Both the position numbers and the translations under genes were made by a program. A DNA stretch of 64,000 nt, taken from contig NC_087245.1 in assembly GCF_037042905.1 (NCBI RefSeq), positions 3,040,001 to 3,104,000 of the forward strand, read 5' to 3'. The notes under the pieces are model-generated. The model worked only from the letters and a program-made list of their open reading frames with translations, was not told the origin of the DNA and did no database searches. This document shows, piece by piece, positions 1-13,000 of this stretch; positions within the stretch are counted from its first letter, which is position 1, and each line of letters opens with the position of its first letter. The DNA comes from Lytechinus pictus. Its lineage: Eukaryota.

Positions 1-1629
1 TAGGGATTTGAAATGAATTCAATATACATAAAATTGAACAAACAGGACTGAATTACTGAATATTTGCTGAAATTTCATTATTAGTATTATCTTTATGTCA
101 ATATTTTATTTCATCACATAACCCCATTTTTCCTTTCCAATATGTTTGTAGATTTATGTTTGTTGCACTACAATTTTTTTTTCATACTACACTACATCAT
201 ATTTGTGTTGAAATGTGAGGATACTAAAGTAGGCCTGTACATACATATATACACAAAAAAAAATTTGCTAAAATTTGCATCGTGACATTAACTGATTTTG
301 TTTGTTCTTATTTTTTTAGTTGACCTGATTCACATGTCTTCTAACATTAGAAAACATTATGTATATATTGCAATGAAGTCTTTTGAGGCTAAATGTGACA
401 TAGACACATATAGAGCATTTCTAAAATGAGACCACTTTACGTGTATCTATAATGGTCACATTTTCTGTCTGCTTTGAACTGCCATAATAGAGAAGTTTGA
501 CAAATCCTTGACTTTTAGTATACTATGGTTCTTTGAAGGCATTTGGGATGTAAAATATTTTGATAGGATATAAAAGGGGATTTAAAAGAGGTATAATGGT
601 TTGTGTGTGATAAACAGGATGCCAAATTAGAGGAAGCATTGTTTGAATAGAGCAGAACTTTAAATTAAATTTAATCTTATTTATGAAAATGTACTACTCT
701 ACAATATTTATGTTAATAAATGTATATAGGAGCTCTCATCTTGCTTTTCATGTCCATGAGAAAAATACATCTTTTAAAATTGGAATTGTTTGTTTAGTAA
801 TGCATAGTTTCTTTTATTGGATGCCATCTTATTTTTTTTCTAGCTCTAATTACTCAGAATAATGTGCGACATTTTCTGGAAGAACAATCTAAAATATCTG
901 CTTGATCTTTAATTATGTCTATGTTGATATTATGCATACATTTGAAATAATGCGATTCTATAGATGCTATTTTTGTATATTAAAGATTGTAATATTCTAT
1001 ATTTCATTTATTGATGCAAGCAGTATATTGTTTTGTTTACAAATTCAAATTGCTTGATCGGAGTTTGGTTTGGGAAATTTCATAAATTGTTCGCAATAAA
1101 GGTGTTTGTATGTGCTTTTTTTTTTTTTTTTGCACAAGATTATTAAATGAAATGGAAAATATTTAATGTGTTTTAGTATTAGTTTGTTGTAAAATAGTAC
1201 AAGTTGAAATGTTGTTTATTAAAAAGACCAGGCAATATCTGTTATAGTATATAGTCTGTGGATTCGCAGTTAGAGATTGCATTCATCATCTGGCTCTCTG
1301 ATTAACCCGAAATTCTTGCTGCAGCTCTGATCCATCTACGTCATAATAGAAAAATTTCGGAAAATACATAAAGCACGTTATTCATGCAATCGAGGCATTA
1401 TTAAACACTAGTGCATACATCAAATACCTGATTACGCAACTTTTAAGCAGTGAGAGATGTCACCTTAGTGAATACAATGCCGCAATTGACAATACAACAC
1501 AGTTATTTTCACTGAGGTGACGTCAAAACCTAGAATATAACAAATGTGATCCTCGTAGCTTTGGTCACGTGATGACGTATTGACCTATCACTGATTCGAA
1601 TCTACATAACCTATGTAATAAAAAGCAAA

Positions 1630-2585
1630 TATAAACTCCTCAAAAAAAGTCTGGAAATCTGACTTTGATCGATAATCCCTCCTCGGTTTTAGTAAATATC
1701 AATGTGTAATTAATATCAATGAATAGATCATTTAAATGTCTTTAAAATGATACCCTACATCATATGATTATGGTTCACATGGAGGTACAAATAATGCCTT
1801 GAATGTGGGGCAAGGTCAAAATTCAAAAGTTGCAAAATGACACAATATTGAAAGTCACTGTTCTTTTTTCTGTGGTGATGAGTGAGTTTCTCAGTGGTTT
1901 CTTTTGACTTTGATCAATAATCCCTCCTCGGTTTTGGTAAATATCAATGTTTCATTAATATTAATGAATAGATCATTTAATTCACTTTTAAATGATACCC
2001 TACAATGATTCACATGGAGGTGCAGTGCCTTGAAATGTGGGGCAAGATCAAAATTCAAAAGTTGCAAAATGACACAATATTGAAAGTCACTGTTCTTTTT
2101 TCCGTGGTGATGAGTGAGTTTCTCAGCGGTTTCTTTTAATTGTTTTCATGCACCTGAACATCAACATTAACATGGAATCAAACACACCTCTGCACGAGCA
2201 AACACATAAAAAACAAACAAACATGCATGGGTATTTCAAACCACGACTCAAACCATGTTATCTCACAGAACCATCACACATACAAAACATTAAAAAATGA
2301 AGAAGCAGGGGCTTGAATTGAATGGATTTTCATCTCTATTAACACAGACAAAAGAATCATGTTCTTTATTGACACTTCATGACTATTTCTGCTTGTTTTT
2401 GCAGCTTTTCAATTCAGACCTAATCCAACACCTTTGAATCCTGCTCTTTTCGTGATGGCATGATCATAGCAAACATGGTATCATTTTAAAGAGAATTAAA
2501 TGATCTTTTGAATGATGTCAAATATGCATTGTGTAAAATTGGGAGTTAGAAGAAATTAATGGTCAAACTTTTTGAGGAGTTTATA
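1630..2585. mobile_element. Decayed non-autonomous TIR element with an internal ~240-bp direct duplication (1661-1905 / 1906-2137)
   Basis: TATAAACTCCTCAAAAA at 1630 is inverted at 2569-2585. Two near-identical tandem blocks start GACTTTGATC. True outer ends not resolved. Confidence 0.5.
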
Positions 2586-2891
2586 ATGGCCCATTCTCTG
2601 AACAAACTAAAACTACTCGTACTCATGAACACCAGTAGTCCCCTTCTTTCTCTGGCCCTTAGCCCTCTGGAGAAGCCTACTGGTCCAATTTGATGGGGTT
2701 TTTTTTCGATGTGAATAATTTTAGCCAGATCCTTGAGAATCTTTCTCCTACTTTTTCCCTTTTCTAAAATTGCATTTCAAGCATTTCAGTAGCTCGTAAT
2801 TACAGTGCAGAAAAATATATGCACATAGTTTCTGTGCTATATAAATCAGTATATTATTTTTTTTTTCGTGGTATATGATATTCCTCATCAC

Positions 2892-3126
2892 CAGTGGCAA
2901 ATCGAGGGGGCACATCCAGCCTGTGCCCCCCCCCCCTTTGAGAGACATAGTGAATATTTTGAATGTAAAAATGTTGTTCATAAACAAGTGTACCCCCATT
3001 TGAGAGTCGCAGCTAATATTTTAAAAGGGAATATGTCCTTCATACACAAGTGAGGACCTTTTTTTGTTTGTCAATTTTTCCTAGGTAAAATATCCTTCCT
3101 CTTGGAAAATCCTGGATCCACACCTG
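2892..3126. repeat. Short MITE-like repeat with degenerate CAG...CTG ends
   Basis: CAGTGGCAAATCGAGG versus CCTGGATCCACACCTG is an imperfect inverted pair; C-run inside. Confidence 0.35.
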
Positions 3127-3452
3127 GGTAAAGCTACAACTTTTGCTGTTATTGTATTGAACATGTAGACGGAGAGGGGTAGAAAACAAAACTAGTGAGA
3201 TGAATAAAAGAAAGAGAACAGGCATGTTGCGTGAGAGAGGGGGGGGGGGGAGGGAAAGAGAGAGAGGAGAGTGAATCTGTTAAAATGGCCCATATATTTT
3301 TGGATCCTGTTGAATCATATAGGTCTAGAGTTATCTTTTTGAAATGTGTACACAAAACTCTTATACTAAACATTTTTCTTACTACAGAGAAAAAAGGATT
3401 GATGTGTACTGTATGATGCATATCCAAACTGATATTGATGTAAAATGTGGTT

Positions 3453-3676
3453 CCGTGACATTTGCTCCAGCGACAGTTGTTCGGCTGATAATTCCTAAAA
3501 CTAATGGAATTACCAACTTCAACTCTTGATTTAACACCATACCCCAACTATTATACCCTATTCTATGCCTTGTCTTAAACCTAACTTAAACATGTTAAAA
3601 CCCTATTGCAACCCTTACCCTAACCCTTTTAGACGAAATAAAGCCTGGGGCGATTGTCACTGAAGCAAATGTTGCG
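3453..3676. mobile_element. MITE with internal degenerate (TAACCC)-like repeats
   Basis: GACATTTGCTCCAGCGACA ... TGTCACTGAAGCAAATGTT imperfect inverted ends; AACCCT/ACCCT units between them. Confidence 0.5.
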
Positions 3677-3780
3677 TTAAGTACAGTAAAATGAATACAA
3701 TATTGGACCCAGATTTCGTAGGGTAGGGAAGGGATGGGGGCAAAATTTGACCTGATTTATGCGCCTCTGTGTACTTTTAA

Positions 3781-4150
3781 GGCCACCGCACACCTTACGA
3801 CTGTTCGCGATCCGATTTTGGAACGAATCGCATTTTGCTCATTTTCTGAAAAGTGAATGGAACATATCATTTTATATGAGGTTAAAATTAATTGAAAGAA
3901 TACTAATATAACCGTTTTGAAAGATTACAAGACTTTATTTTAGAGTAAAAGCAAAAATAGTTTTGAATCGTAGGCAATCATACGACTGCTATGACGTCAT
4001 TACGACTAGATATTAAATTCGCTTTTATTCTAAGAAGGATGATATATATAGCACAGTTACATATTTTAACACAGGTATTCGTACGATGATTTAGAACATA
4101 ACACAGTAAGATATTCCAAGTCTCAATTTAAGCATCAAATTCTGCATCCT
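3781..4150. mobile_element. One end of a PIF/Harbinger-like non-autonomous element (truncated)
   Basis: TAA|GGCCACCGCACACC start followed by TACGAC subterminal repeats; no matching other end found. Confidence 0.35.
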
Positions 4151-4435
4151 TTGGGCATCCTCGCAACTCAGATCTACTGAAGTTGAACAACGGAATGAGG
4201 GAGGAAAGATAAGGTACATGGAACGTCTATACATCGTTAGTAGCACGGAAATAGAAAGGATGTAAGCGTAGGGGAAGGCGTGGTAAGTTGTGACACTTTT
4301 TGCATGTCAGAATTGATATGACTAATAATCTTGTAGAAATAAGTACCTTGTCTTTTAATTTAATTCTTGGGAAACATTTTTCACCTATATATAACTCTCT
4401 GCCCCCACACTGGAAGTCATTGACACCTTTGAAAA

Positions 4436-6640
4436 AAAAACAAGCATGCAATCGTTATTTTTATGGATTTATCAAAAGCGTTTGATACTTTGTCACACTC
4501 TATCTTGCTGTCTAAGCTTTCTTTTTATGGAATTAGAGGCTTGCCTCATGCCTGGTTTTGTAGTTATTTAAAAAATAGGAAACAATTTACTGTGTACAAT
4601 GGCCAATCATCAAATTCCAAAATCATTTATTCAGGTGTTCCCCAAGGAAGTATTTTAGGCCCCCTTTTATTCTTAACTTACATAAATGATATAGTCAACT
4701 GTTCAAACTTCTTTAAAATTGTACAATTTGCAGATGATACTTCATTAATTGCCTCTCATATAAACTTTCAATCTTTAATCTACATGATCAATTTAGATCT
4801 TAATTTTGTTTATGACTGGCTTGTTTGTAATAAATTGTCATTGAATATTTTGAAAACAAAATTTGTGATTTTCAGAAATAAGCAAAATAAAAGATTAGAC
4901 TACTCTAGTGTTAAACTGTTTCTGAACAGGTCCGAAATAGAACAATGTTCTACTTTCACATACCTGGGCGTACAATTAGATGAGTTTTTTTACATGGGAT
5001 TCTCACATTAATACAATAAGTACGAAAATATCTAAAATCACTGGTATTATGAATAATGTTAAGCATATATTGCCACTCAAACTTTTATTTACAATGTATA
5101 ATGCCTTTATATTGCCTCATATTTTGTATTGTAATGTGGTATGGGCTTCTCTACATGCTTCTAAGTTATTAAGAATATATCGCCTACAAAAGAAAGCCCT
5201 TCGCATATGTGCAAATGCCCATTACCTAGCTTCTTCCCTACCCTTATTTCGCCGTTTTTTAACATTGAATGTGTATGACTCTAACAAATTATCGGTTGCT
5301 TCATTGATGCAAAAGTTTTTTACCAAACGTCTCCCTCCCTATCTAACTCAAATGTTTTGTTTAAATGTGAATGTTCATTCTTATTCTACCCGACAGTCAA
5401 CCAACTTTCACCTCTGGAAAACAGAAACCAATAATCTCTCAAAGTCAGTCCGTCATCTTGGCCCCATTATTTGGAATTCCTTGCCTCCTGAAGTTCAACA
5501 CACACAATTCAATTCACTTTTTAAAAAACGATTGAAAAAATTCTTCCTCTCCAACCTAAATAACCGTTAAACAATTTTCCACTCGGCATTCTAGAGGACC
5601 GGAGTGTGGCGTCGCAACAGTATTCTTTTTCTTTATCCCTCTCAGACCGGTTGCTTGCATTTTTCAAACGCAGCCTCATTTTCTTGTTTGTTTTTTCTTA
5701 AAGGAGAATGAAACCCTTGAAACCAGCTGAATCCATATCAAAGAGAAAAATCAAAGAAACATATTGTTGAAAGTTTGAGGAAGATTGAATGAATAATAAG
5801 AAAGTTATGAGCATTTGAATATTGAGATCACTAATGCCATGTAGATCCTCCCATTGGCAATGCGACCAAGATCTGTGATGTCACACACGTACAACTCCCT
5901 CATTACTTTAGTACTTATTTCACTTATATTCTCACTTTTATAGAGTCTATCACAAGGTGAGGTGTTCTCTTTATGAGGGGACAAGTACAGAGGTTTCACA
6001 ACATTATATCATTGATGAATCGTTTGTCATATGATTAGAATGAGCAAAAAGAGATGTTTTGGGGTATATTTTCAGTGTCCAAAAGGGGAGAGTTGTTCAT
6101 CTGTGACATCATAGATCTTGGTCGCATTGCCAATGGGAGGCTCTCCATAGCATTAGTGATCTCGACATTCAAATGCTCATAACTCTTCTATTGCTAGTCC
6201 TATTTTACTCAAACTTTTGTTGATCTTATTCTTTGATTTTTCTGCTTTCACAAAAACTAACTTGCTCCAAGAGTTTCATTCTCCTTTAATGATTCACTTA
6301 GTGACCGGCTGGCATGTCGTCAGTGTCTTGGTTTGAAAGAAAGTACTGACGACGTGCCTGCCGATCATTGCAATCAAACTCTAATATTACTGTTGTGGCG
6401 ACGCATTCCGGTACTCTGTTCTATTTGTAAATCATTTTCTATAACCACTCTTGTGTTTTTGTTCTTGGTTTCCCTTTTTGCAAGCCTTTGAGGCTTTTTG
6501 GGATACCATTTTCTTTCATTATTTTTTTTTTCAAATCTCATCTTAATGTTTCATGATTATATTTGTATATTTATGTTCAAAATAATGTATGATATTTGTA
6601 TGTTTTTACATGTATATATTATTGAAAGAAATAAATGAGA
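4436..6640 (+). mobile_element. 5'-truncated non-LTR retrotransposon (CR1/L2/Crack group): reverse transcriptase C-terminal part plus 3'UTR
   Basis: ORF 4463-5011 has DLSKAFDT, GVPQGSILGPLLF and FADDT. A frameshift near 4990 leads to ORF 4980-5570 (W..HI, LYCNVVW, LQKKALR, GPIIWNSLP). The 3'UTR has a stem-loop at 6468-6508 and an AT-rich tail with AATAAA near 6630. Interrupted by a MITE at 5702-6285. Confidence 0.93.
5702..6285. mobile_element. Kolobok-like MITE inserted in the LINE 3'UTR
   Basis: TTAA|AGGAGAATGAAAC ... GTTTCATTCTCCT|TTAA with long imperfect TIRs; related copy at 61510-62090. Confidence 0.85.
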
Positions 6641-6801
6641 GTATTTCCACTCTCCCTCAATACAAAAAAATATATATTCCTTGAAATCCTCTTGTTCAAT
6701 TGTGCACATCAATATTCTCATTCTAACAAACATCTGAGTGTTGTGCTCACTTTTTAGACAGGGAAAGAAACGCTATTTAAAATAAGCTCAAATATGTAAT
6801 A

Positions 6802-7196
6802 GGGCGATTCCATACGTGTCGTACGGGACATTTTGACAACAATTTCTCGTTTTCTAGCCGAATGCTTGAGCAATAAAATATTATTTTTTGTCATTGATAA
6901 AGCTATAGTGGGTAGTCATGTAAAAAAGTAATAACCAACACAAAAAATTTGATTATGGGTAAATTATAGGTGAAAATGTGTGTCGTACGGGACGCAGAAA
7001 TGTCCCGTACGACACTCAACATTTTAAGCTCTAATTCACCTATGCACAGCATATTTTTGTTGGTTGTCAGTTTTTTACATGTCTACCAAGTAGTACTTTA
7101 ATATTACCACAAAGCAAATTGAAGTTCTTCGTTCGTTTGGACAGCAGGTTGAAAAATATTGTGAAAATGGCTGATTTTTCTAGCATGGAATCGCCC
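6802..7196. mobile_element. MITE with 4-bp TSD (Sola-like)
   Basis: AATA|GGGCGATTCCAT ... ATGGAATCGCCC|AATA; internal GTGTCGTACGGGAC repeats. Confidence 0.8.
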
Positions 7197-7373
7197 AATA
7201 GTAGTACTTGAATGAAATGGAAGTGTTGCACAAGCATAATAATATTTTACAAATAGACTGTAAAACTGAACATTGTATTCTTAAGGTATCAAAAGCAGGT
7301 TAAACTTTGCGCTTCGTATAGATGAGGAAAAGTACTTTAATTCAGTATAAGATAGTCAGCTAGTAAACCTTAC

Positions 7374-7920
7374 AGGACAAGTCCATCGCAAGAAAAATAT
7401 ATGCTGAAAATTTCGTCAAAATCGGATGTAAAATAACAAAGTTATGACATTTTAAAATTTTGCTTAATTTTGCAAAACAGTTATACATGCATGCCCATCT
7501 TGGTCGGTATGCAAATTAGGGGATTAATGACATCACTCACTCACTATTTATTTTGTATTTCGTTATTTTCTAATTGTCATGTGAAATAAAGTTTTATTCC
7601 TCCCTGAACATGTGGAACTACCATTGTTTAAAAAAAATTTGGTTCAGTCTAGTAGGTCATTATTATCAAATCTGTAAAAATTGAAATCGTATTGTTCAAA
7701 AAATAAAAAACAAAAGAAATGGAGAGTGAGGGACATCATCAAGTCTCTCATCTGCTTATCACTGAGATGTTATTACTGTTAAGTGAAAAATAAGCGAAAT
7801 TTTAAAATGTCATTCATGTAACTTATTTTATATCTGATTTCGATTAAATTTTCAGCATCATGCTTGTTTGAATTTTCTCTACTGATTGAAATCAACATTT
7901 TTCTGGGGTGGACTTGACCT
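7374..7920. mobile_element. Kolobok-like MITE
   Basis: AGGACAAGTCCA ... TGGACTTGACCT|TTAA; same family as 40108-40706, in the opposite orientation. Confidence 0.8.
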
Positions 7921-7924
7921 TTAA

Positions 7925-8290
7925 CCCTAACAATCCCAGATGACCGTAATGGCCCCCTAAAAAAATTATATGATAAATCCATAAGCACGACAAGGTCACG
8001 CCATATTGTTCAAGACTATTTTGGGATGCATGCATGGGTATGCGATTATGATATTACACAAGTGCATGTCAGACCCCGAAATGCTCAATAACGTGATTTC
8101 ATGTATAAAGCCAATGCGAATTTTTCGCCAACATTCGTATCTGTATCAATATTTGTACATGATTATAAAATTATTGCCAATAATTTTCATTGAAAAGCAA
8201 AAAAAAAAACTAACCCCAAAACTGTACATAAGAAATATTCAAACATTAAAAAACATTTTGAGAGCAGTTGGTATAAGTGATTAAAATGAA
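7925..8290. mobile_element. piggyBac-like MITE fragment
   Basis: TTAA|CCCT start; internal sequence (GCATGTCAGACCCCGAAATGCTCAATAACGTGATTTC) is similar to the reverse complement of part of 32809-33583. Confidence 0.5.
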
Positions 8291-9998
8291 ATAAAGCATA
8301 TTGATTGAATGAAATTAAGCTTTGAAAGCCCATAGTCTATAGATCATGTCATTTTCTTACATTGTGCAAATTCTTCTCACCCCCTACAAGACTGAAAAGT
8401 ATAAACTTATAAAATGTCAAATTACTTTTTTCCATTTAATTTCAATGATTTAGTAATTTTGGGGAAAATATGAACTTTTCTATTCGAAATTCAGTAACAA
8501 AAATTGTTATATCTTACTTTTTACTCCAAAAATGTATTTAAAACATCAAGAGCTTAAATTGTACTGTATTAAATGTATAGTTTTAATTAATTTACAGAAT
8601 ATTTCATCATTCATTCGAAAAAACGTTTTAAAACGATTTAAAACGTTTTAAAACAATAAAAAACGTTTTATTTGTTTTTTTATTTTTTTAAAAACGTTTT
8701 TTATTACAACCCTGCTTCTGGGGTAAGTTGAGCCACAAAATCTATGTACAAAATATATGCGGGAAGAACCAGTAAGTGAAATTTTAATTTAAGTCTTTTC
8801 ACTTGCTAATTCTCTATAAATAATAACATCCTATAAAAGTAAAAGAACTGTCATGTGAATTTGCTCCTTTAATTTTACAACCTGAAAAGCGGACTTTCTG
8901 AGCACTTTTAAGAGGATCGATACCTAATTAACAATTTGTGCTAACTCTGAGGGATTTTGTTTTAGATTTTGAACCCAAAATGAGACATCCAATGCACTTT
9001 TTCTAACAATAGAATGGATGGGTATCTTTACTAAATGAATGAGGCAAGCGCGTAAAGCGAGCCATTTTTTTTTATATTTCGATAAAAAATATGACATTTT
9101 AATCGTCTTAAAAAAAAGAACTCACTGTGTAACCCCCCCAAAAAAAAATTTTAATAAATGCGAAGCACGAGCAGAATTTTTTATTTACTGACTCTTTAAG
9201 AAGAACTCTTTAAGCCCTGATTACTCTTCTAATTGTTTTTTCTCTCTCTCTTCTTCCTTTTTTTCTTTTTCTTTCTCCTGAATCCGCCTATGTATACTGA
9301 CCCGAAAAAACAAAATTATAAATTACTTGGGATCAATGGAGAGGATACGTAATTCACTAATCAAATGTTGCGGGCGCGTAGCGCGAGCCGAGTTTTATAT
9401 TCAGCCCTTTTTTGTGATCCTGAACAGGATTCCTATCATTCTAAACAGACTTGAATCGCGAGCATATATTTTTTTATTTGTATTTTTAGGAAAGAGAGAT
9501 TTTGAGTTTGTAATAAAAATTGAAAGTCAAAATTATTTGCTTGCTCGCTTCGCTGGCTCACAACTTTATATTAATTTTGCCCGATATGCCATAGCCCCTC
9601 AAAATTGTCGGCTCATTTATGCCAATGTCAAGTATACTGGTATATGTTTATATTTATTTTAGTTTACTTGAAATATATACTTGATTCTATTCAATCAATT
9701 CCAACCTGATTCAGACTGAATTATGAAAATCTAGAAATAAAGATACATGTATTAAAAGTATTGCCATTCCAGGAAAAGTCTGAAGGCAAACTTTTCAAAG
9801 CCTTTGATTCCTGATATTGTGGGGGTAGTTTCACGAGGACAAAATAAGTCGCAATATCGATCGCACGCGAAGACTCAAACGCCACGCATCGTTTACAATA
9901 CCAAAAAAATATCGTCGTGAAACTCGCCTCTTGTTTTCACCTTTGACCTCAAATCTAACGTGGCTGCTGTTGGTTCGTTCAGCAGAAGACTCGCCAAA

Positions 9999-10055
9999 AT
10001 GGATTCCTTTAGGCTGCAAAGTTGCCGGTATTTCGTTTTTTCAGTAGTACTTTTG
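9999..10055 (+). CDS. ERP44: ERp44 exon 1 (MDSFRLQSCRYFVFSVVLL, signal peptide)
   Basis: CCAAAATGG start context, hydrophobic stretch, GTAAGT donor, CpG-rich surroundings. Confidence 0.8.
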
Positions 10056-13000
10056 GTAAGTGTGGGTTGATTTCATAAGGAGGCATTGTAATTATCCCTT
10101 TATAATATGATTTGACGAATGATATGAATTAGATGTAAGGTAGATGTGATCCGAGAGTCTAATTTTGAGATGTCGCTAACTGTGTTTGTGTGTGTGTTCC
10201 CGTGTAGTGAGAGGGTGTAGTCTAGTCGCTTGATTAGCGAGGCCGACCCCGAGGCCTTCCCTGGCCCGGCCGCCCTACTACTCTAGTACTACCGTACTGT
10301 AGCTATGGACTGTTGACTGCCTGCCTAGCCAGGCGGCTTCTTGAGATAATGAGAGTAAAAATCATTTACTAACGTAGGCTTACTCTCAATGGGAGTCACC
10401 TACACGAAGGACCCAAAAACCTGAAACTTTCACCCCCAGACCCCCGAGATTTCTACTTCTAAAAAAAGATCTAGGCCTAGCTCTATATATACTCTATTCT
10501 AAATGATAAATCATGATGTTTATGGAATATGGGAATTGGGATAAAACTTCATTTCCGACATTTCTACGCTCTCGTTGTTATTTTAAAACAAGAATTCATC
10601 AAAAAAATTAGAAAAATATTGTGAAAAGACGGAAGAGACTTACGCCGCCATCTTGTTTCCTATTGTTTTTTGTACTTCCCCAACGTTACGTTCTGTGCAA
10701 TTGTAGTATGATGGTGGGCCCTAAGTCTGCGCACCTAACAATTTGAGTTAAGATTTAACATGAATTTCTTCTTATTTCACAAAATCTTTTGGATAATAAT
10801 GTTCCTTATATTATTGAGAGTAAGTATACCAAATTTCTCATTAAAAAATGAAAGAAAATATAGGATTTTCTTGAAAAAACCTTGAGCAGTCATTTTCAGA
10901 TTGAAAAAAAAAATGGTACCCCATGTCTGCGCACTCATTCACTTTGCACACGATTCGGAGATTTTGATGAGAAAGGCTGTATTTTGAGGCCGTCACATGA
11001 AATGCCCTGAATTCATTATTTTTTCACCATTTTGAGTCAGATTTTTTTATGAATACCTGTCTATGTATTGCATGTGTAAAGTTCGTGCTCGTTGCGTATC
11101 TTCTTTTACTAGAATCGCGCAGATACGCGGGTGCGCAGACTTGGGAGACCGCGCAGACATGGGGGAACTGACCATAAAACAAGATTCGCAACGACCGTTA
11201 ACTCATACTCATAGAAAGATATTCATTAAAAATCCGTTCAGAATGGTGGAAAAATAATGAATTTCAGGAATTCGATTTGACGGCCTCAAAATGCAGCCTT
11301 TCTAATAAAAATCCCCAAATCGTGTTTAAAGTGAGTGGGTGTGCAGACATGGGACACTTTTTTTAAATTTTGAAAATGACTGGCTGAGGTTTTTTCCAAG
11401 AAAATCATGTATCTCAAATTTTAATGAGATTTTTGGCACACTTATAAGAATATACAGTTTGGAACATTATCAACTGATTTTTTTTGTGGAATAAAAAGAA
11501 ATTAATGTGTAGTCTTATCATGTATGACCCTCATTGACACGATGATCTATTCTGCTTCTTATTGCTATGAATGCTTTTGTTTCTTATGATTTTATAAAGA
11601 TTAAATCAAATAGTTTTTAATTTGATAATAAATTCTCATTATACAAAAAGTAATCTCGAAGGAATGATCGGAAGCACTACAGGATCACCTTCTTCTTCCG
11701 TACAACGATGATGATGATGAAATACATGTACATTATGAAAATAGTAACTTCTAGTTGTGGAGTTTATACACATTAAGATAAAAACTATGGCATGCCTTAC
11801 TCTTAATTTACAGCAGGCCTGATTCACACTGCTTAACTGACATTTAAACGACCGTTGAATAAAAAAATGTTTACAAATTTTGGTAAATGTTTAAAAAGTG
11901 ACCCAAAATACTTTAAAACTGATAAAATATTCCCTTAATTCATATCATAATGCTCAGAAATAAATTAAGAATGTATATTTCACTAATGAATTATAGTGCT
12001 GCACTCAACCCAGGTGAGGTTAATGGGTACCGTCAGGAAGTAATTACTCAAAAAAGCTGTGCGCACCGGAAACGGTAGACTAGCTTATCTGGGGTAATAC
12101 AGCAACGCCTTGAGCACCTACATTGTACAATTGTAGCAAGGTGGATATGTGCGCTATACAAATCCTTTGTTGTTATAATTATTATAAATGTTTCTAATTT
12201 GAATGGAAGTGAAACTAGACATGTAATGTTTCTGTCAAAAAGGATGGTAGATTTGCATTTCAAGTACTGGTAGTCCAGATCTAAAACTAAAATACACAAA
12301 TTTGAGCATGTGGGGACATATAAAAGTCGCGTGGTTTCTTCTTTTGATCGTTCTACTACGTTCTATCATGAAAATTTAGATAAATTTGATTACCTGTCAA
12401 TGTTTCCCTCTTTTGTGGCAACTGATGAACCCAAATAATGAAAAATATCATCAAAAATGTCGTTTGAAATCAACCTTTTTCATACGAGCAGCTATCTTGG
12501 AATCTAACTTTTAACCATTCAATTTCAAACTCTACTTTATAAAAAAAAAGATCCCCACATGCTCAAATTTGTGTATTGTAGATGTTGGATCTAGACTGTA
12601 CTTGAAAATGTGAAATATTGATATTATATTGTTTCCATTCAAAATGGAATTGTTTATTACTGATACATTCTAAGTTCATGTCATGCAGGAGAGTAACTAT
12701 TAAAGAGAACAAACAAAACAACAACAAAATGGCTGCGCCTATGCACAGGAATTATAATGCTTTTGGCCAATAACCTCAAGCAAGAAAAATTAGAAATCCT
12801 GCCTGTTACAAAATGTTTACATACTACATGTAGCTCTTCTAGGTTGATTAATGGTTTTGAATTGTAGTATCATATCAACAGATGTGTAAGTTTTGTAGAT
12901 CCAGATATGAAATAAAGGCCTCAAAGTGATTGATATTTATACTTCATAGTCTTTGGTGACACTGAATTTCTTATGATTTTCTTTATTTTGGAGGAACACT

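Noticed and set aside
1..1220. 3'UTR of an upstream gene
   Set aside because: AT-rich with AATAAA motifs, but there is no coding exon in the window to anchor it.
9820..9998. ER-stress elements in the ERp44 promoter
   Set aside because: Only partial cores (GCCACG, ACGTGG); no complete CCAAT-N9-CCACG or TGACGTGG.
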